IMG/VR virus record: IMGVR_UViG_3300030330_000271
Location: 1-27,449 of that record
Length of the DNA: 27,449 nt
Reading direction: 5' to 3' (one strand)
Source of the DNA: a virus
Lineage: Duplodnaviria; Caudoviricetes
Shown one piece after another: positions 25,404-27,449 of the stretch (position 1 is its first letter; the number at the start of each line of letters is the position of its first letter). The notes below the pieces were generated by a model, which searched no databases, was not told the DNA's origin, and worked only from the letters and a program-made list of their open reading frames with translations. Both the position numbers and the translations under genes were made by a program.

Positions 25404-26327
25404 TTACCTATCAAAGTTTTTTAATAATACTGCGTCTATTGTTGTTGCACTACGTGCCATATAAACTAACATATCTACATCATTAGCTCCTGTACTTAAT
25501 GTAGGAACTGTACCAGATACAAATTGCCAAACTGTATTATAACCTAATGTTCGTGAACCTGTACCATCTTGTATTACATAAATACAACCACTTTGTCCTG
25601 CTACTGCATTAGAAGGTGCAGCTAATGTTCTATTACCACCTAGAGTTACTAAAAAATTATTACCTACAGCAAAGTCACTTGTAATACTTGCTGCATCTGT
25701 TAATGTAGTAATAGGATTATAAGCTCTAGCAGATGTTCCTATTTTTAATGAACCTGCTTCATATGTAATATTACCTCTAACTGTTGCATCTGTTGTTACA
25801 GAAGTTCTTACATATCGTAAATCTGCTGCAGATACTTCAGGAACATTATTTGCACATACGCCTACATCTACAGAAGCTGCTGTACCTAATCCTAATCCTG
25901 CTGCATTTGTTGAATAAACACTTCCATCTGTATCTACAACTATTTGTGATATAGCTCCTTGAGCAACAGTTAAACCATCTCCAGCAGCAGTTTTTACTTT
26001 TACTACATTAGTTGTTGTTGTATAAGTTGTTTGATTATTTATTACATATCCTTTTGTAACATTAGGTATAATCATTGTTATAGTCGTATGTGCTCCACCT
26101 ACAGTTCCATTAGCTTCAAGAAATGCATTACGAGGTACATCAGTACCACCATCTACTGCAGATAATGTTACAGTAGCATTAGCTCCTAAAACTACAGTTG
26201 TATAACCTGCAATCGCATCATCAACAAGACTAATTACTCCATTATTTAAAACTGTACCCCAAGAATTAGGATTATCTCCATCTCCTTGTTTTGTTAGTCT
26301 TATTCTAGTTGTGTATGTTGATGCCAT
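25404..26327 (-). CDS. Tail fibre / tail structural protein
   Basis: N-terminal MASTYT..L....G.N...WG...N and C-terminal TLTDAA.I..DF...NNF.VTL.GNRTL..P.N...GQSG.I...QDGTGSRTL beta domain. Confidence 0.72.
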   Translation of the reverse strand: MASTYTTRIRLTKQGDGDNPNSWGTVLNNGVISLVDDAIAGYTTVVLGANATVTLSAVDGGTDVPRNAFLEANGTVGGAHTTITMIIPNVTKGYVINNQTTYTTTTNVVKVKTAAGDGLTVAQGAISQIVVDTDGSVYSTNAAGLGLGTAASVDVGVCANNVPEVSAADLRYVRTSVTTDATVRGNITYEAGSLKIGTSARAYNPITTLTDAASITSDFAVGNNFLVTLGGNRTLAAPSNAVAGQSGCIYVIQDGTGSRTLGYNTVWQFVSGTVPTLSTGANDVDMLVYMARSATTIDAVLLKNFDR

Positions 26328-26336
26328 TATTTGCTC

Positions 26337-26675
26337 CTATTGTATTGTTTCTACTGTACTATCTATATCATAGTTGGCTCCACTATGATCTGCTCCTATG
26401 AGAGCACAAGAAAGTTTTTGATTATTTGTTATTACGATTGTCCATGCTCCATTTTTATTATTAACATATAATTCTATTAATTCATTATCGCTATTTACTG
26501 CCCACCATTTACGTGACTCACCATGTTCTTGTTTTAAATTACCTGTTAAATCTGCATGTTGTGCACATAATAAAGTTTTCATATATGTTTTTTTTATTAT
26601 ATCTATGTCTTGAGCTTTTGCTAAAGAACCAAAAACTAATATAAAAAATAATGTTATAACTGGAATTAATTTCAT
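26337..26675 (-). CDS. Hypothetical exported protein
   Basis: Signal peptide ending SLAKA, two Cys and a LYVN...G.WTIV......C...G pattern. Confidence 0.7.
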   Translation of the reverse strand: MKLIPVITLFFILVFGSLAKAQDIDIIKKTYMKTLLCAQHADLTGNLKQEHGESRKWWAVNSDNELIELYVNNKNGAWTIVITNNQKLSCALIGADHSGANYDIDSTVETIQ

Positions 26676-26676
26676 A

Positions 26677-27300
26677 TTATGATCCTAATTCTGTCCATGA
26701 ATTTACAGTTGCTATTTGATCTAATGTTCCATCTTCATTATACGTATTAGTATGTAATGCTATAAATGCATTCATATCTGCTGCATTAGTTATTGCTGTT
26801 TCTATTCTTGTTGCATCAGCACGTATTGCATTTCTCCATGTTTGTATATTAGATGGTATTGCTGTTCCTGCATCTGCTTTACGTATTATATACCAATCTG
26901 TTTCTGCTAAATATCCTGCTTGTTGTTTTTTAACTTTTTGTATAGCATTATATTTTAAACCTCTTGTAATTATTTGATTACCATCTTTATCTTTTAATTT
27001 ATTACCATCTTCATCTACTGCATCAACATCTTCTAAAGCTTTATCAGCAGCTTTAACTCCAATAGTTCTTATAACACTATTACCATCTCCTGCTATAGCA
27101 TCTGAATGATTATGTTCTATATAATATTTAGTATCAAGATGTGTTCCTGAAATAACTACAGGTACTATTCCTAAATCTTTACGTTGTGCATCTGTCCATA
27201 TTGTAAATATTTGAGAAGAGTAACGTACATTATTTAATACTATAGATTGTTTTCTATCATAGTATTCTACTATTTTATTACTTTCTATTCGTGCCCACAT
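26677..27300 (-). CDS. Tail fibre assembly chaperone-like protein
   Basis: L.ETDWY.IRKA..G..IP..I..WR.AIR motif, directly downstream of a tail fibre gene. Confidence 0.68.
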   Translation of the reverse strand: MWARIESNKIVEYYDRKQSIVLNNVRYSSQIFTIWTDAQRKDLGIVPVVISGTHLDTKYYIEHNHSDAIAGDGNSVIRTIGVKAADKALEDVDAVDEDGNKLKDKDGNQIITRGLKYNAIQKVKKQQAGYLAETDWYIIRKADAGTAIPSNIQTWRNAIRADATRIETAITNAADMNAFIALHTNTYNEDGTLDQIATVNSWTELGS

Positions 27301-27309
27301 ATTTTATTC

Positions 27310-27449
27310 CTATCTTGCTGTTGCGTATTTAAATGGGTTATGTGCCATTGCTAAAAATACATAAGTATTTGAAGCATTAAAAGTTACATTTGAAGTACGC
27401 AGTTTGAATCCATTTGAAAGTATATCTATTGCTCTTGATGCTTGATTTT
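27310..27449 (-). CDS. Tail fibre / receptor-binding protein, C-terminal end (partial; not in the ORF track)
   Basis: The reverse strand reads NQASRAIDILSNGFKLRTSNVTFNASNTYVFLAMAHNPFKYATAR*, a terminus typical of marine phage tail fibre domains. Confidence 0.72.
   Translation of the reverse strand, partial: NQASRAIDILSNGFKLRTSNVTFNASNTYVFLAMAHNPFKYATAR

Noticed and set aside
1-27449. Stop-codon reassignment or alternative genetic code
   Set aside because: Genes are full length and densely packed under code 11, and TAA, TAG and TGA all serve as stops.

Overview
This is an AT-rich (roughly 30% GC by eye), densely coded fragment of a tailed dsDNA phage, most consistent with a marine podovirus. 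An alphaproteobacterial host is an inference only. Two arms converge at about 11765. The + arm (1-11764) carries the end of a family A DNA polymerase, a PD-(D/E)XK nuclease fused in frame to an SSB, a Cas4-like exonuclease, a GIY-YIG/NUMOD3 endonuclease, DUF3310, a class II (B12) ribonucleotide reductase, DUF1289 and Hsp20. It continues with a three-gene glycosyltransferase/methyltransferase/Maf-like cluster, several small envelope proteins and the terminase small subunit. The - arm (11771-27449) carries tail fibre, chaperone and tail stabilisation genes, three internal virion (ejection) proteins, a holin-like gene, an IscA-type Fe-S carrier and an unexplained trio of exported or membrane proteins. 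Three sigma70-type promoters are visible, two of them inside coding sequence. The most notable observations are a ROSE-like RNA thermometer on hsp20, followed by a possible anti-SD switch in front of the glycosylation cluster; the tri-domain GT-MTase-Maf protein; the envelope trio; a mini beta-barrel-like protein; and the nuclease-SSB read-through fusion. No tRNA, rRNA, CRISPR array, integrase or IS element was seen. All family calls come from motif recognition, not database searches.
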